Notes: generated from the letters alone by a model not told the origin. Counted from the first letter of the stretch, positions 20,729-30,745 are shown. The stretch is DNA of 64,000 nucleotides from Myxococcota bacterium (GCA_039030515.1 JBCCEA010000004.1:64001-128000); one strand, 5' to 3'. A program made the numbers and translations.

Positions 20729-23700
20729 ATGGCGCCACGCATCTCCACCCCAGTGCGACTTGGTCTTCTCTACCTCGCCCTGGTGCTGTCAGGCGCCGCA
20801 GCGCTCGCATACCAGACCGCTTGGGGTCGCATGCTTCAACGCATTTTTGGCGTGAGCGATCTTGCGGTCGCCACCGTCCTCGCGACGTTCTTTGCCGGAT
20901 TGGGCATCGGTTCTTGGCTGGGAGGCCGGTGGACTCAAAAGCTGACTCGCCCGGTGCGCGTCTATGCGCTCATAGAAGCCGCAATCGGCGCCTACGCACT
21001 GCTTTCTCTTCCGTGGATTCCTCAAGTTCACGTTATCTACGGAGTGTTGGGTAGAGGAGCATCCTTCGAGCTGCTCAGCGCGATTCGATGTTCGATCGCG
21101 ATGCTGCTGTTGCTGCCGCCCACCATCATGATGGGCGCGACACTACCGATTCTGATCGGGTTCATCTCTCGGCGTGAACGCGATTGGAGCGCACCGTCCA
21201 CGCTTCTCTACGCCGTCAACACCCTCGGAGCCGTGCTCGGGGCGGGGCTCACCGGCTTTTACCTGCTGCCCGTGCACGGCAATCAGTTCACGATCCTTAC
21301 CGCAGCATCCCTGAGCCTCGCTGCGGGAGCCGCGGTCCTGCTGGGCTGGCAGAACGCCCCAACTGAAGAACCAACCTCGGTTGAGGCGCTAGAGGCAAAG
21401 GGCGTCTCGACAGGAAACGCCCTCCCTTCACCGGAGGTAAGCGTGCCGGAGGCAAACGCGTCGGCTGTCGCTAGTCCTGCCCCTGAAAAGCCCGCCTCGA
21501 TCGACGACGTCGCCCGCGTTCAGGTCGCGATCACGTTGGCGACAATCTCTGGTTTCGCAGCCCTTGCCAGCGAGGTTCTTTGGACGCGCGTTCTTCGAAC
21601 CATCCTCGGAGGAACAACGATCGCGTTTTCGGCGATGCTCGTAAACTACCTCACGGGTATCGCCCTAGGCAGCCTGCTCGCAAAGCGCTGGGCTTGCCGC
21701 TACCGGCCCCAAAGACTCTTTGCGTGTACCCAGCTCGCCCTCGCGATCCTCACCCTGTGCTCCCTACTGCTCACCCCTCAAATGGTGCGCTGGATCCCGC
21801 TGCTGCGGGGCGACTTACAGCTTACGCCTCACGAGCCCTGGATCATTCTGACAGTTTCGGCAGCGCTACTCCTGCCGATCGCGCTCGCCTTGGGTACTTC
21901 GGTACCGCTCGCCTGGTCCATCGCGCAGCGAGACCCCACTCAGGCGCCAACCCAAGCGGGTTCCATTCTTGCCGCCAACACGATCGGTGGTCTTCTAGGT
22001 TCCATCGTCGCCGGCTTTGTACTCGTTCCAACCTCCGGCATCGAAACGGCGATTCACACGATCGCTTCGATTCACTGCGTATGCGCAGCGTTCGCCTGGG
22101 CTTCAGAGCAGCGAGATTCGCAGCCGCGCACCTCCAGGCGAAGGGCGCTCCCTGCGGTTTTTTTGCTCCTCTTTGCCGCAGTCCTTCCGATCTTCGGTCC
22201 TCCCCTGCACCTGCCGTATCTCCTCGACGCTCGCCACCAGGCCCAGGCCGCCTTGATCCGCGGACCCGGAGCTGAGTGGGAAGCTCCGCTGAAGTTCATT
22301 GAGGAAGGCCGAAACACGACGGTCACGCTCACATTTCGGGACGGCTCTTTGCGGCTGTACAACGACGGTCGTCCTGAATCCGGCTTCGGGCAGGCTGAGC
22401 CAGGCTTTGGCAGTGAGCTCATCTTGCTGGGCGGGCTTCCCTCGCTTTTTGCCGAAAGAACAGAGCGGGCCATGGTGGTCGGCCTCGGTGCCGGCCATAC
22501 GGCCACGATGCTGCTCCGCGGCCCCTGGCGCCAGGTGGACGTCGTGGAGCTAGAAGAAGCAGTCGTTCGCGCTGCACGGGTGCTGCACGAAGCACGCGAC
22601 AAGCCGTTTCCTCTCGACGATGCCCGCACCCGTCTCATCGTTGACGATGCGAGGGCGCAGCTCGCCCTTGCGGAAGAAGACAGCCTGGATGCGGTGGTCA
22701 GTCAACCGTCTCATCCCTGGCTTGCGGGCTCCAGTGCCCTATACACCCTGGAATTCTTTCAGGAGGTCGACCGTGCCCTGCGCCCCGGCGGCGTATGTTC
22801 GCTGTGGCTCAATATGTTCCGTATCGACCTCGTGCATGCTCGCTCGGTCCTCGCCACCCTCAATGCGGTGTTCTCGTCGGTTCAGGCCTTCATCATCGAC
22901 GATTCAAGCTTGATTATGCTCGCCGGCAACGGATCGCTGCAGTGGGACGAGGGAGTCGAGTCTCGCCTTGCCCTTCAGCCACTCAGCGATCTGCTGGCGG
23001 CCGCCAATATCCGGTCTACGGAGACGCTCGCCTCGTTTCTAGAGCTCGACGCCGAAGCGACGCGAGCCTGGACTCGCGATACCGAAACGATTCACGACGA
23101 TCGCCCCACTTTGGAGTTTGAACTCGCGCGGCTCGACCCGGAGGACGCGATCGACGGGCCTGCCTTGGAGCGCGCCGTGCAGCACCTTCCGTGGGTCGCC
23201 AGAGGCATCTTTGCACATCTTTCTGAGTCCAGTAGGGCCGAGGCGGTGCTCGAGCGAATCGAGCGTGTCCAATATCGACGCAGCGCTCTAAATCGTCTCG
23301 AGGCTTCGCTTGGAGGGCTCGATCTGAGCCGACCAAAGCACGCGCTCTTGGCGGGTAGAATCCATGAAGCAAGAGGAAACCTCCGCGCGGCGGCGGAAAC
23401 GTACGCCGATTCTTCGGATCCGGAAGCGATCTATAGGCTCGATCTGCTGCGCCACGACGAAGGACTGCATCGAGTGCTTCTGACCCACGCGCTGCAGAGA
23501 CACGCGTCTTCTCTCGACCATCAGCCACTTCTTTCTTCCGCGTTTGCAACTCAGTCTCGTTCGATGATGCGAAACGTGATTCAGCTCGTCCCCTTGGCCG
23601 AACACGCAGATCAACCGCTACTGCCCCTGGGAGCGGCCTTTGCACGCGGAGGATGCACGAGCCTACTCGCCGCCCCAGAGCTAGAAGCGCAAGCCTCCGA

Positions 23701-24070
23701 AGCGCTCTCGGTGGCGGCACTGGCGATGCGCTGTGCGTTTGAACATCGGCAAGTCGGCCAGGCTGCTCGGATGGAACGTCACTATGCAAGGCTCCTCAGA
23801 AGCAGAGCAGTCCGCGAAGCAAACCGGGGAAAAGCCGCGCAAGCGGCGGGCAACGGCGGCTTGGCCATGGTCCACTTCCGGCGTGCGCTCAAGTCCAATC
23901 CCGGCCACGGCGCTTCCGCAGCGACCTACGCGACGCAACTTGATCGACTGAATCGACGCGCCGAAGCGGAAGCCGTTCTCAGGCGAGCGGCTAGAGAAAC
24001 CAAAGGACTCCCCGCGTCGACCGCCGTAATACGCAATGCTGCGGCGACTCTTGGAATCGATCTGGAATAG
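20729..24070 (+). CDS. Multi-TM membrane protein fused to a spermidine-synthase-like SAM domain and C-terminal TPR-like helices
   Basis: SGAAALAYQ..W, LYAVNTLGAVLG, EVLWTRVL; VVGLGAGHT, VELEEAV, DDAR, SQPSHPW..SALYTLEFF. Confidence 0.85.
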   Translation: MAPRISTPVRLGLLYLALVLSGAAALAYQTAWGRMLQRIFGVSDLAVATVLATFFAGLGIGSWLGGRWTQKLTRPVRVYALIEAAIGAYALLSLPWIPQVHVIYGVLGRGASFELLSAIRCSIAMLLLLPPTIMMGATLPILIGFISRRERDWSAPSTLLYAVNTLGAVLGAGLTGFYLLPVHGNQFTILTAASLSLAAGAAVLLGWQNAPTEEPTSVEALEAKGVSTGNALPSPEVSVPEANASAVASPAPEKPASIDDVARVQVAITLATISGFAALASEVLWTRVLRTILGGTTIAFSAMLVNYLTGIALGSLLAKRWACRYRPQRLFACTQLALAILTLCSLLLTPQMVRWIPLLRGDLQLTPHEPWIILTVSAALLLPIALALGTSVPLAWSIAQRDPTQAPTQAGSILAANTIGGLLGSIVAGFVLVPTSGIETAIHTIASIHCVCAAFAWASEQRDSQPRTSRRRALPAVFLLLFAAVLPIFGPPLHLPYLLDARHQAQAALIRGPGAEWEAPLKFIEEGRNTTVTLTFRDGSLRLYNDGRPESGFGQAEPGFGSELILLGGLPSLFAERTERAMVVGLGAGHTATMLLRGPWRQVDVVELEEAVVRAARVLHEARDKPFPLDDARTRLIVDDARAQLALAEEDSLDAVVSQPSHPWLAGSSALYTLEFFQEVDRALRPGGVCSLWLNMFRIDLVHARSVLATLNAVFSSVQAFIIDDSSLIMLAGNGSLQWDEGVESRLALQPLSDLLAAANIRSTETLASFLELDAEATRAWTRDTETIHDDRPTLEFELARLDPEDAIDGPALERAVQHLPWVARGIFAHLSESSRAEAVLERIERVQYRRSALNRLEASLGGLDLSRPKHALLAGRIHEARGNLRAAAETYADSSDPEAIYRLDLLRHDEGLHRVLLTHALQRHASSLDHQPLLSSAFATQSRSMMRNVIQLVPLAEHADQPLLPLGAAFARGGCTSLLAAPELEAQASEALSVAALAMRCAFEHRQVGQAARMERHYARLLRSRAVREANRGKAAQAAGNGGLAMVHFRRALKSNPGHGASAATYATQLDRLNRRAEAEAVLRRAARETKGLPASTAVIRNAAATLGIDLE

Positions 24071-24298
24071 GCGCAAGGTTCTTTTGCAGGCGAGAAGCCT
24101 GAGACGAATAGCTGCAACCAGAGCGAAAGACGAGACTGCGACATTACCCAGTGGTTCCGTTCACCTGCAGCAACAAGTTCCCGGATCGTCGCGCTATGCA
24201 CCGATCGGCAAGTCCGAAAAAATGAAGCGATTTCCGTACATTCTCTTGACCCACGCGGCGAGACTGTCGTATCCAACATCCCGGACAGGAGGGCTCCC

Positions 24299-25186
24299 TT
24301 GGCCGTGAAAATCATCGCTGCAGACGACAGCGCTACGATGCGGACGATTCTCGAGATGACCTTTGCAGGTGAGAATGCAGAGGTTACTACGGTCCCAACG
24401 GCTCAAGCAGCGCTCGAAGCCATCAAGCAATCGCGACCTGATCTGGTGCTTGCAGACGCTTCGATGAAGCCAGACGGTTACGAACTCTGCAAAGTGATCC
24501 GAAGCGATACGCAAATCGCACATACCACGGTCATCTTGCTGGCCAGTCAGCACGTGCCGTTCGACGCGGACAAAGCCAAAGCTGTCGGCTTGGACGATCA
24601 CATCAACAAGCCTTTTGATACCCAAGCGCTTTTGGATAAGGTGAGCCAAGCGCTCTCCAAACCGCGCTCTGCGGCAGCATCCGTTCCAGCAGCGTCCACA
24701 CCGGCGGCGGCCAGTCCTGGAGCGCCCGCGCGACAACCCAACACGACCCGAAGACCTGCGGCGCCAACGCCAGCTATGCGACCATCCGCAAAATCTACGA
24801 TGGCGTTTGGCAGCGCTCCATCCCGCACTGCAGCGCCGCGTGCGGAACCCGAGCCGCTCGCGCGTCCAGCACCTCCAAAACCGATGGCGCCGAAGTCGAC
24901 TCCATCGCGACCTTCGCCCCCGTCGAGGCCCGCCATCGCCAAGCCTGTGGCGCCACCTCCTGCTGCTGCATCCAAGCCGGCTCCGATTTCGGCAAAAGCC
25001 TCCGCCGCTACCGCGACCCATGGAGACATGGCCACCAAGCTCAGCGAGTTGGGATTGAGCGGGACCCAAATCGATGGGGTGCTCGCGCTCTCACGAGAGG
25101 TGATCGAGCAGGTGGTTTGGGAAGTAGTGCCAGACCTGGCCGAAACGATCATTCGCGAAGAGATAAGCCGGCTCACTGCAGAGTGA
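24299..25186 (+). CDS. romR: RomR-like polarity response regulator (receiver, Pro/Ala linker, conserved C-terminal helix)
   Basis: AADD..DLVLAD..KPF receiver; Pro-rich linker; C-terminus SREVIEQVVWEVVPDLAETIIREEISRL; adjacent to valS; TTG start with GGAGG upstream. Confidence 0.8.
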   Translation: MAVKIIAADDSATMRTILEMTFAGENAEVTTVPTAQAALEAIKQSRPDLVLADASMKPDGYELCKVIRSDTQIAHTTVILLASQHVPFDADKAKAVGLDDHINKPFDTQALLDKVSQALSKPRSAAASVPAASTPAAASPGAPARQPNTTRRPAAPTPAMRPSAKSTMAFGSAPSRTAAPRAEPEPLARPAPPKPMAPKSTPSRPSPPSRPAIAKPVAPPPAAASKPAPISAKASAATATHGDMATKLSELGLSGTQIDGVLALSREVIEQVVWEVVPDLAETIIREEISRLTAE

Positions 25187-25219
25187 CCGACTGCAGAGTG
25201 ACCGACTGCAGAGTGACCG
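25175..25219. repeat. 15-bp perfect triple tandem repeat spanning the romR stop codon
   Basis: actgcagagtgaccg x3. Confidence 0.97.
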
Positions 25220-25349
25220 AGACCTGCATGGGTCTCCACGCCAGGCGGCTCGATCTGGGGTAAAGGATATGCGGGCATCTGAGCCTTGCCAAGCGGCTAA
25301 CCCACCTGCAATCGGTTGCCGTCTCCCTGAAAGAGCCTAAATATCGCGC

Positions 25350-28124
25350 ATGAGCGCCTCAAAGATGCCTCCGACATACAGTCCTATCGAGACCGAAGAG
25401 CGATGGTCTCGGTTTTGGGAGGAGGGGGAGTTCTTCACCGCAAGCGTGGCACACGACGATGTGCGACCCACCTACACACTGGTGATGCCTCCGCCCAACG
25501 TGACCGGTACACTTCACATCGGTCACGCGTGTCGCACCACATTTGAAGACGTACTGGTGCGACGCAAACGCATGCAGGGATTCAACACGCTGTGGGTTCC
25601 AGGAACAGATCACGCAGGAATTGCGACCCAGGTAGTTGTAGAGCGCCAGCTCAAGCGCGAAGGCCTCACCCGTCACGATCTGGGCCGAGAACGCTTCATC
25701 AAACGAATCTGGGAGTGGAAAGAACAGTCCGGGGGAGCGATTCTCAAGCAAATCCAGCGCCTCGGAGGATCGTGTGATCGGTCTAGAGAGCGCTTCACAA
25801 TGGAACCTGACCTCTCTTATGCCGTGCAGGAAGCCTTCATCCGTCTCTACAATGAGGGTCTGATCTATCGGGATACGCGACTCGTCAACTGGGACGTCGA
25901 ATCGCGCACCGTTCTATCCGATCTCGAGGTGGAGACAGAACAGCAGGTTTCAGGAGAACTCTTTGATTTTGCCTACCCTATCGAAGGGGAGGAAGGGGAG
26001 CTGGTCGTATCCACCACGCGACCGGAAACCATGCTGGGTGATACCGCGGTCGCGATCCATCCTGAAGATCCTCGCTACCTACACCTACACGGCAAATATG
26101 TAAGGCATCCGTTCCTGGATCGCTCGATTCCTATCGTCACCGACGCAATCCTCGTCGATCCGGAGTTCGGAACCGGCGCAGTCAAAGTCACCCCGGCCCA
26201 CGACTGGAACGATTTTGAAACCGGAAAGCGGCATGGTCTGCCCCAGATCAACCTGCTGAATCCGGATGGAACCCTGAACGAGGAAGCCGGCGAATTCCAA
26301 GGAATGGATCGGTTCGAAGCCCGTAAGGCGGTCAAAGCCAGACTGGAGGCAATTGGCCTCGCTCGCGGCTCGACCAAGCACATGATGACCCTTCCTCGCT
26401 CGCAGCGCTCAGGAACCATCGTAGAGCCCATCATTTCCACGCAATGGTTTGTACGGATGGAGCCCTTGGCGGCGCCGGCTATCGAAGCGGTGGAAAACGG
26501 GACGATTCAAATCGTTCCTGAAGATTGGCAAAAGACATATTTTCACTGGATGCGTAATATACACAACTGGTGTATCTCGAGACAGCTTTGGTGGGGACAT
26601 CCGATTCCGGCTTGGTATTGCAAGAAGTGCGAGCAGGTTCACGTTGCCGCAAGCCCCCCCCAAACGTGCACGGCCTGTGGCAACGACGAGTTCGTTCAGG
26701 ATGAAGATGTCCTCGATACCTGGTTCAGTTCCGCACTTTGGCCTTTCTCTACCTTAGGATGGCCCAACACCGAATCCCGAGAGTTGAAACGTTTCTACCC
26801 CACCGCCGATTTGGAGACCGGTTACGATATCCTCTTTTTCTGGGTCGCCCGTATGATCATGATGGGCCTGCACTTCACCGGTCAGGTCCCCTTCAAGAGG
26901 GTGCTTCTCGCAGGTCTGGTTACGGACGAGCGAGGCGAAAAGATGAGTAAGGTCAAGGGCAACGTGATCGACCCGATCGACGTCATCCAAGGTGCGTCCA
27001 TCGAGTCGATCTTGGCCAAGGCGAAACAGGCTGGCGCCAAGGACTCGGCCCTAAAGTATCTGAAAAAAACCTATCCCGACGGCCTTGCAACCCACGGGGC
27101 AGACGCGCTTCGCATGGCGCTCATGAGCTACGCCCCCGGATCGCGGCGCATCGCGTTGTCCATCAAGCGCATCGAGACCTATCGTAACTTCACCAACAAG
27201 CTCTGGAACGCGTCCCGATTCAGTCTGATGAATCTCGAAGGGACCGGCACGCAGAGTACGGGATCGCCTCCGGTGAACCCGGAGGTACTCGTCAACCGCT
27301 GGATTCTTGCCCGCCTTGCGACCGTGATCGAAGGCGTGACCCAGGGTCTCGACGAGTATCGCGGGGACGAAGCGTCGTCAGCCGTCTATCACTTTCTGTG
27401 GGACGAGTTCTGCGACTGGTATCTCGAACTCACCAAGCCTCTGCTCGCAAGCGATCGGCGGGAAATCGCGGTCGAAACGAGGCAAACGCTGATGCACGTG
27501 CTCGAAACGACCCTTCGATTGCTCCATCCGATGATGCCTTTTATCACCGAAGAAATTTGGCAGCGAATCGATAAAACGGAAGCTCCAACGAGCATTTGCC
27601 TTGCACCTTATCCCGTCGCTGCAGTGGAGGGGCGAGCGGATCCCGAGGCCGTTCGAGAAATGGAACATCTGAAGTCTTTTGTGGTGAAAACACGAACCAT
27701 CCGTGCAGAGCACGACTTGCCGAACAGCCGGTCGATCGACGTCTACTGGCACACCCCGGAAGCACAGGTGGCACGCGTACTCGAAGAGCAGCAAGCACTG
27801 ATCGAACGGCTCACGGGAGCCACGATTCATCGAGTAAAGACCCCAGAGGAACTGCAGCATCACACCGCCGCCGCTACCTTCGTACTCGAACCGCTACGTG
27901 GCGTCGTACCCGATGTGGTGGACTCAGAGCGAGAGCGAGAGCGGCTTGGCCGTGAACTAAAGCGAGTCGAGAAAGACCTCGCCATCGTATCGAAGAAGCT
28001 GGGAAATCCTTCCTTTATCGATCGCGCACCGGCCGAGGTGGTTCAAAAAGAACGAACCCGTCTCGCCACACTCACCGAGCAGCGCGCCAAGCTGAGCTCG
28101 GCCATCGCTGCACTGCCCGCTTAG
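25350..28124 (+). CDS. valS: Valine--tRNA ligase
   Basis: PPPNVTGTLHIGH, GTDHAGIATQ, WCISRQLWWGH, KMSKV, C-terminal coiled coil. Confidence 0.98.
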   Translation: MSASKMPPTYSPIETEERWSRFWEEGEFFTASVAHDDVRPTYTLVMPPPNVTGTLHIGHACRTTFEDVLVRRKRMQGFNTLWVPGTDHAGIATQVVVERQLKREGLTRHDLGRERFIKRIWEWKEQSGGAILKQIQRLGGSCDRSRERFTMEPDLSYAVQEAFIRLYNEGLIYRDTRLVNWDVESRTVLSDLEVETEQQVSGELFDFAYPIEGEEGELVVSTTRPETMLGDTAVAIHPEDPRYLHLHGKYVRHPFLDRSIPIVTDAILVDPEFGTGAVKVTPAHDWNDFETGKRHGLPQINLLNPDGTLNEEAGEFQGMDRFEARKAVKARLEAIGLARGSTKHMMTLPRSQRSGTIVEPIISTQWFVRMEPLAAPAIEAVENGTIQIVPEDWQKTYFHWMRNIHNWCISRQLWWGHPIPAWYCKKCEQVHVAASPPQTCTACGNDEFVQDEDVLDTWFSSALWPFSTLGWPNTESRELKRFYPTADLETGYDILFFWVARMIMMGLHFTGQVPFKRVLLAGLVTDERGEKMSKVKGNVIDPIDVIQGASIESILAKAKQAGAKDSALKYLKKTYPDGLATHGADALRMALMSYAPGSRRIALSIKRIETYRNFTNKLWNASRFSLMNLEGTGTQSTGSPPVNPEVLVNRWILARLATVIEGVTQGLDEYRGDEASSAVYHFLWDEFCDWYLELTKPLLASDRREIAVETRQTLMHVLETTLRLLHPMMPFITEEIWQRIDKTEAPTSICLAPYPVAAVEGRADPEAVREMEHLKSFVVKTRTIRAEHDLPNSRSIDVYWHTPEAQVARVLEEQQALIERLTGATIHRVKTPEELQHHTAAATFVLEPLRGVVPDVVDSERERERLGRELKRVEKDLAIVSKKLGNPSFIDRAPAEVVQKERTRLATLTEQRAKLSSAIAALPA

Positions 28125-28204
28125 CTCGGGTGCTGAGTAGTTTGAGGACTGAGCGATGGACTGCAGTTCGGACGAACCTAGGCGCTCGATCGAGACCAAA
28201 CGGG

Positions 28205-28750
28205 CTAAGACGCACTCATTTGGATGCGGTTGCCGCAAATCGATACACCCTCGTGCTCCAGCAGAGCTCGCTTTCGTTCCACACCGCCCGCGTATCCGCC
28301 AAGCTTCAAGCTAGATTCCACCACTCGATGGCAGGGCACCACGATGGGAATCGGATTGTTTGCGTTGGCCATACCGACTGCTCGAGCAGCTCGAGGCGCC
28401 CCGATTGCGGAAGCGATCGAAGCGTAGGACTGCACTTTACCGAATGGAATGTCACGTAGCGCTCGCCAGACGCGGTTTTGAAACTCGGTACCCTGCATAT
28501 CTAGCGGAAGTTCTTTAAACGCATCGACCGCGCCTTCGGCATAGCGCCGAAAAGGCCCCGCAAACATCAGAGGCACATTACGCTGGGGAAGAGTCGAAAG
28601 TTCAGAAGGTTCATCGTCGAAACCTACGGACAAAAGCCCCCTCGCGGTCCAGGTGACCCACAGTCTCCCGACGATCTGCAAAGTAAGCGTGCCCCAACCC
28701 CGAACGGCGAGATGATTCGGCTCTACTTCGGTGATACGTTGCGTTTCCAT
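28205..28750 (-). CDS. ogt: Methylated-DNA--protein-cysteine methyltransferase
   Basis: GTEFQNRVW, IPFGKVQSY, ARAVGMA, active site PCHRVV; start placed at ATG 28750. Confidence 0.92.
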   Translation of the reverse strand: METQRITEVEPNHLAVRGWGTLTLQIVGRLWVTWTARGLLSVGFDDEPSELSTLPQRNVPLMFAGPFRRYAEGAVDAFKELPLDMQGTEFQNRVWRALRDIPFGKVQSYASIASAIGAPRAARAVGMANANNPIPIVVPCHRVVESSLKLGGYAGGVERKRALLEHEGVSICGNRIQMSAS

Positions 28751-29372
28751 GATGCGTTTGTCCGTAACGTTTGTGTTTTTCAGCTTGATGACGGGTTGCG
28801 CTCCGAGTCTACGCGCCGTGCAGCAAAGCACCACGTACTTTGAGCGATGTCATGCGGCAGATGCCGATCCAAACCTGTCCGTTGAGGACAAACTTGCATG
28901 CTGGGATGTATGGCTGGCGCACTATACCTATGGGCAGTCGAATCATCGCGTTCGATACGCTGAGCGACGACGCGCAGGACTGATGCAGGGTGAACGCATG
29001 CCGCCTCTACCCGGTGGTGACCGCGCCGAAGTTCATACGCTGCGCCCCGAGCACGCTTCAAATGAGCACGCTTCAAATGAAGCAGCCCCCGACGTTGCAG
29101 CCGATCGAGCGGCGCCCCCTCCCGAGGCAATCGAGCAGCAACAAGCCTCTCTCACGTTTTCAAATCGGCCTCCGGACGTCGCGAGTCGCCGAGAGATACG
29201 AGCGCTCGACCGGCAGCGCCCTCCCCCTCCGCCCACCCGCAGCGAAACGCCATGCGCCCACCTCTGCGATCCGAAATGGGACCGTTGCGCCGCGCCTTGC
29301 GTCAACCGGCAGCGAGGATGTCTTGCGGCGTGCCGTACGGAGCATAGGATCTGTTTGTCGGCCTGTTACTGA
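28749..29372 (+). CDS. Hypothetical Cys-rich lipoprotein
   Basis: MMRLSVTFVFFSLMTG-C lipoprotein signal; C-terminal four CxxxC motifs. Confidence 0.75.
   Translation: MMRLSVTFVFFSLMTGCAPSLRAVQQSTTYFERCHAADADPNLSVEDKLACWDVWLAHYTYGQSNHRVRYAERRRAGLMQGERMPPLPGGDRAEVHTLRPEHASNEHASNEAAPDVAADRAAPPPEAIEQQQASLTFSNRPPDVASRREIRALDRQRPPPPPTRSETPCAHLCDPKWDRCAAPCVNRQRGCLAACRTEHRICLSACY
29049..29080. repeat. In-frame 15-bp tandem duplication (EHASN x2)
   Basis: gagcacgcttcaaat x2. Confidence 0.9.
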
Positions 29373-29451
29373 AGACAGACGATGTGCAGTGCGTGCTCGA
29401 GCTAAGAGCTAGGGCGCAGAGCGCCAAGTGCGCACTCTGCTATGGTCGACG

Positions 29452-30741
29452 GTGATGGATGTTGTCGGCGATGCATTGCTTGGCGCCGCGTTACTCGCCC
29501 TTTTGGCTTATGGGGTAGGTTTCGCGTGCACGGCCATCCACCTACATCGAGCCTTGGTGGCGCCGCGCGACCGCTTACCTCCCATGCTCGGAGCTCGAAG
29601 TACAACTCGCACCACACCAACAAGACTCGATGTCCACAATCCCTCCGGGGCGCCGCCCGACGAACCTCTACCTCCCATTTCGCTGCTGAAGCCCTTGAAG
29701 GGCCTCGAAGAAGAACTCGAAACCAACCTGCGTTCCTACTACGAGCAAGACTATCCGGTTCCTTTCGAGATCGTCTTTGCGACCACCGAACCTCGAGATC
29801 CAGGTCTCGTTGTCGCTCAGAAGGTCGCCGCAGACTATCCGCGTATCCAGACTCGGTTCGTTCGATCCAATCCCAATTTCGGTCTGAATCCTAAAGTCGC
29901 GAACCTCTCCGGTGCGCTAAGCGCAGCCCAGCACGATCTCGTCTTTCAGTCGGACGCCAACGTGCGTATTTCCTCCGGCTACCTTCGTAAGCTCGTCAAC
30001 GAAATGCGGGCAGCAGAGGCATCCCTTGTCACGAGCCTCATCACGGGGGTGGGTGAACGTTCGGTCGGCGCCGCGATGGAAAACCTCCAGCTCTCTGCCC
30101 ACATCACCCCCGATCGATGCGCCGCGCTCCACATCGGGGGCGTGCCTTGCGTCGTGGGAAAATCCATGTTGCTGCACGCCGGAGAGCTGCACGAGCTCGG
30201 CGGACTCGCATGCGTGCGCAACGTCCTCTGCGAAGACTTCATCTTGGGAGCGCGCTATCGGAATGCCGGCAAACGCGTTTTGCTGAGCGCAACGATGGCG
30301 CAAAACGTCAATCGAGACATCAGCATCCGTCAGTTTCTCTCCCGTCACTCGCGGTGGCTGAAAATGCGGGCGGTCATACACCGAGGCAGCTTTGTGGCAG
30401 AACTGCTGAGCAATCCGGTGGCGCTCGCCACAATTGCCCTGCCTTTTTCCGGCGGAAACGCCGCTGCAGGTGGATTTTGGGCCGCGGTGGTATTGGCAAA
30501 AATGGTTGGAGACGCCTCACTTTTACGACTCACCCGCGGTAACGGAATGCATCCGTCCTATCTTGTTGTCGTCCCTTTCAAGGATCTACTGATGGCGTTT
30601 GTGTGGGTGCACAGTCTCTTTTCTCGTTCGGTACGATGGCGGGGACGAAAACTGCGATTCGGTGCCGGAAGTCGATTGAGAGAGGACGATGGGACCCTGC
30701 CTTTGCGGGTACTGCGTCGACTGTTCGGATTCAGGAAGTAG
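29452..30741 (+). CDS. GT21/HpnI-like glycosyltransferase (ceramide glucosyltransferase family)
   Basis: LLKPLKG, GLNPKVANL, SDAN, CVVGKSM, EDF, RHSRWLKMR; N- and C-terminal TM segments. Confidence 0.85.
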   Translation: MMDVVGDALLGAALLALLAYGVGFACTAIHLHRALVAPRDRLPPMLGARSTTRTTPTRLDVHNPSGAPPDEPLPPISLLKPLKGLEEELETNLRSYYEQDYPVPFEIVFATTEPRDPGLVVAQKVAADYPRIQTRFVRSNPNFGLNPKVANLSGALSAAQHDLVFQSDANVRISSGYLRKLVNEMRAAEASLVTSLITGVGERSVGAAMENLQLSAHITPDRCAALHIGGVPCVVGKSMLLHAGELHELGGLACVRNVLCEDFILGARYRNAGKRVLLSATMAQNVNRDISIRQFLSRHSRWLKMRAVIHRGSFVAELLSNPVALATIALPFSGGNAAAGGFWAAVVLAKMVGDASLLRLTRGNGMHPSYLVVVPFKDLLMAFVWVHSLFSRSVRWRGRKLRFGAGSRLREDDGTLPLRVLRRLFGFRK

Positions 30742-30745
30742 TCGA

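Noticed and set aside
25175..25219. Short direct repeats (here and at 9936, 36710, 38546, 55776) as CRISPR arrays
   Set aside because: Units are directly adjacent with no spacers, are only 15-22 bp, differ between loci, and no cas genes are present.
24194..25278. Long antisense ORFs (291 and 226 aa) over romR, and similar shadows over the sigma, VWA and groEL genes
   Set aside because: Expected stop-poor shadows of GC-rich coding sequence; no recognisable motifs.
25220..25349. T-box leader for valS
   Set aside because: No GGTGGNACCGCG T-box motif or terminator, and the region is too short.
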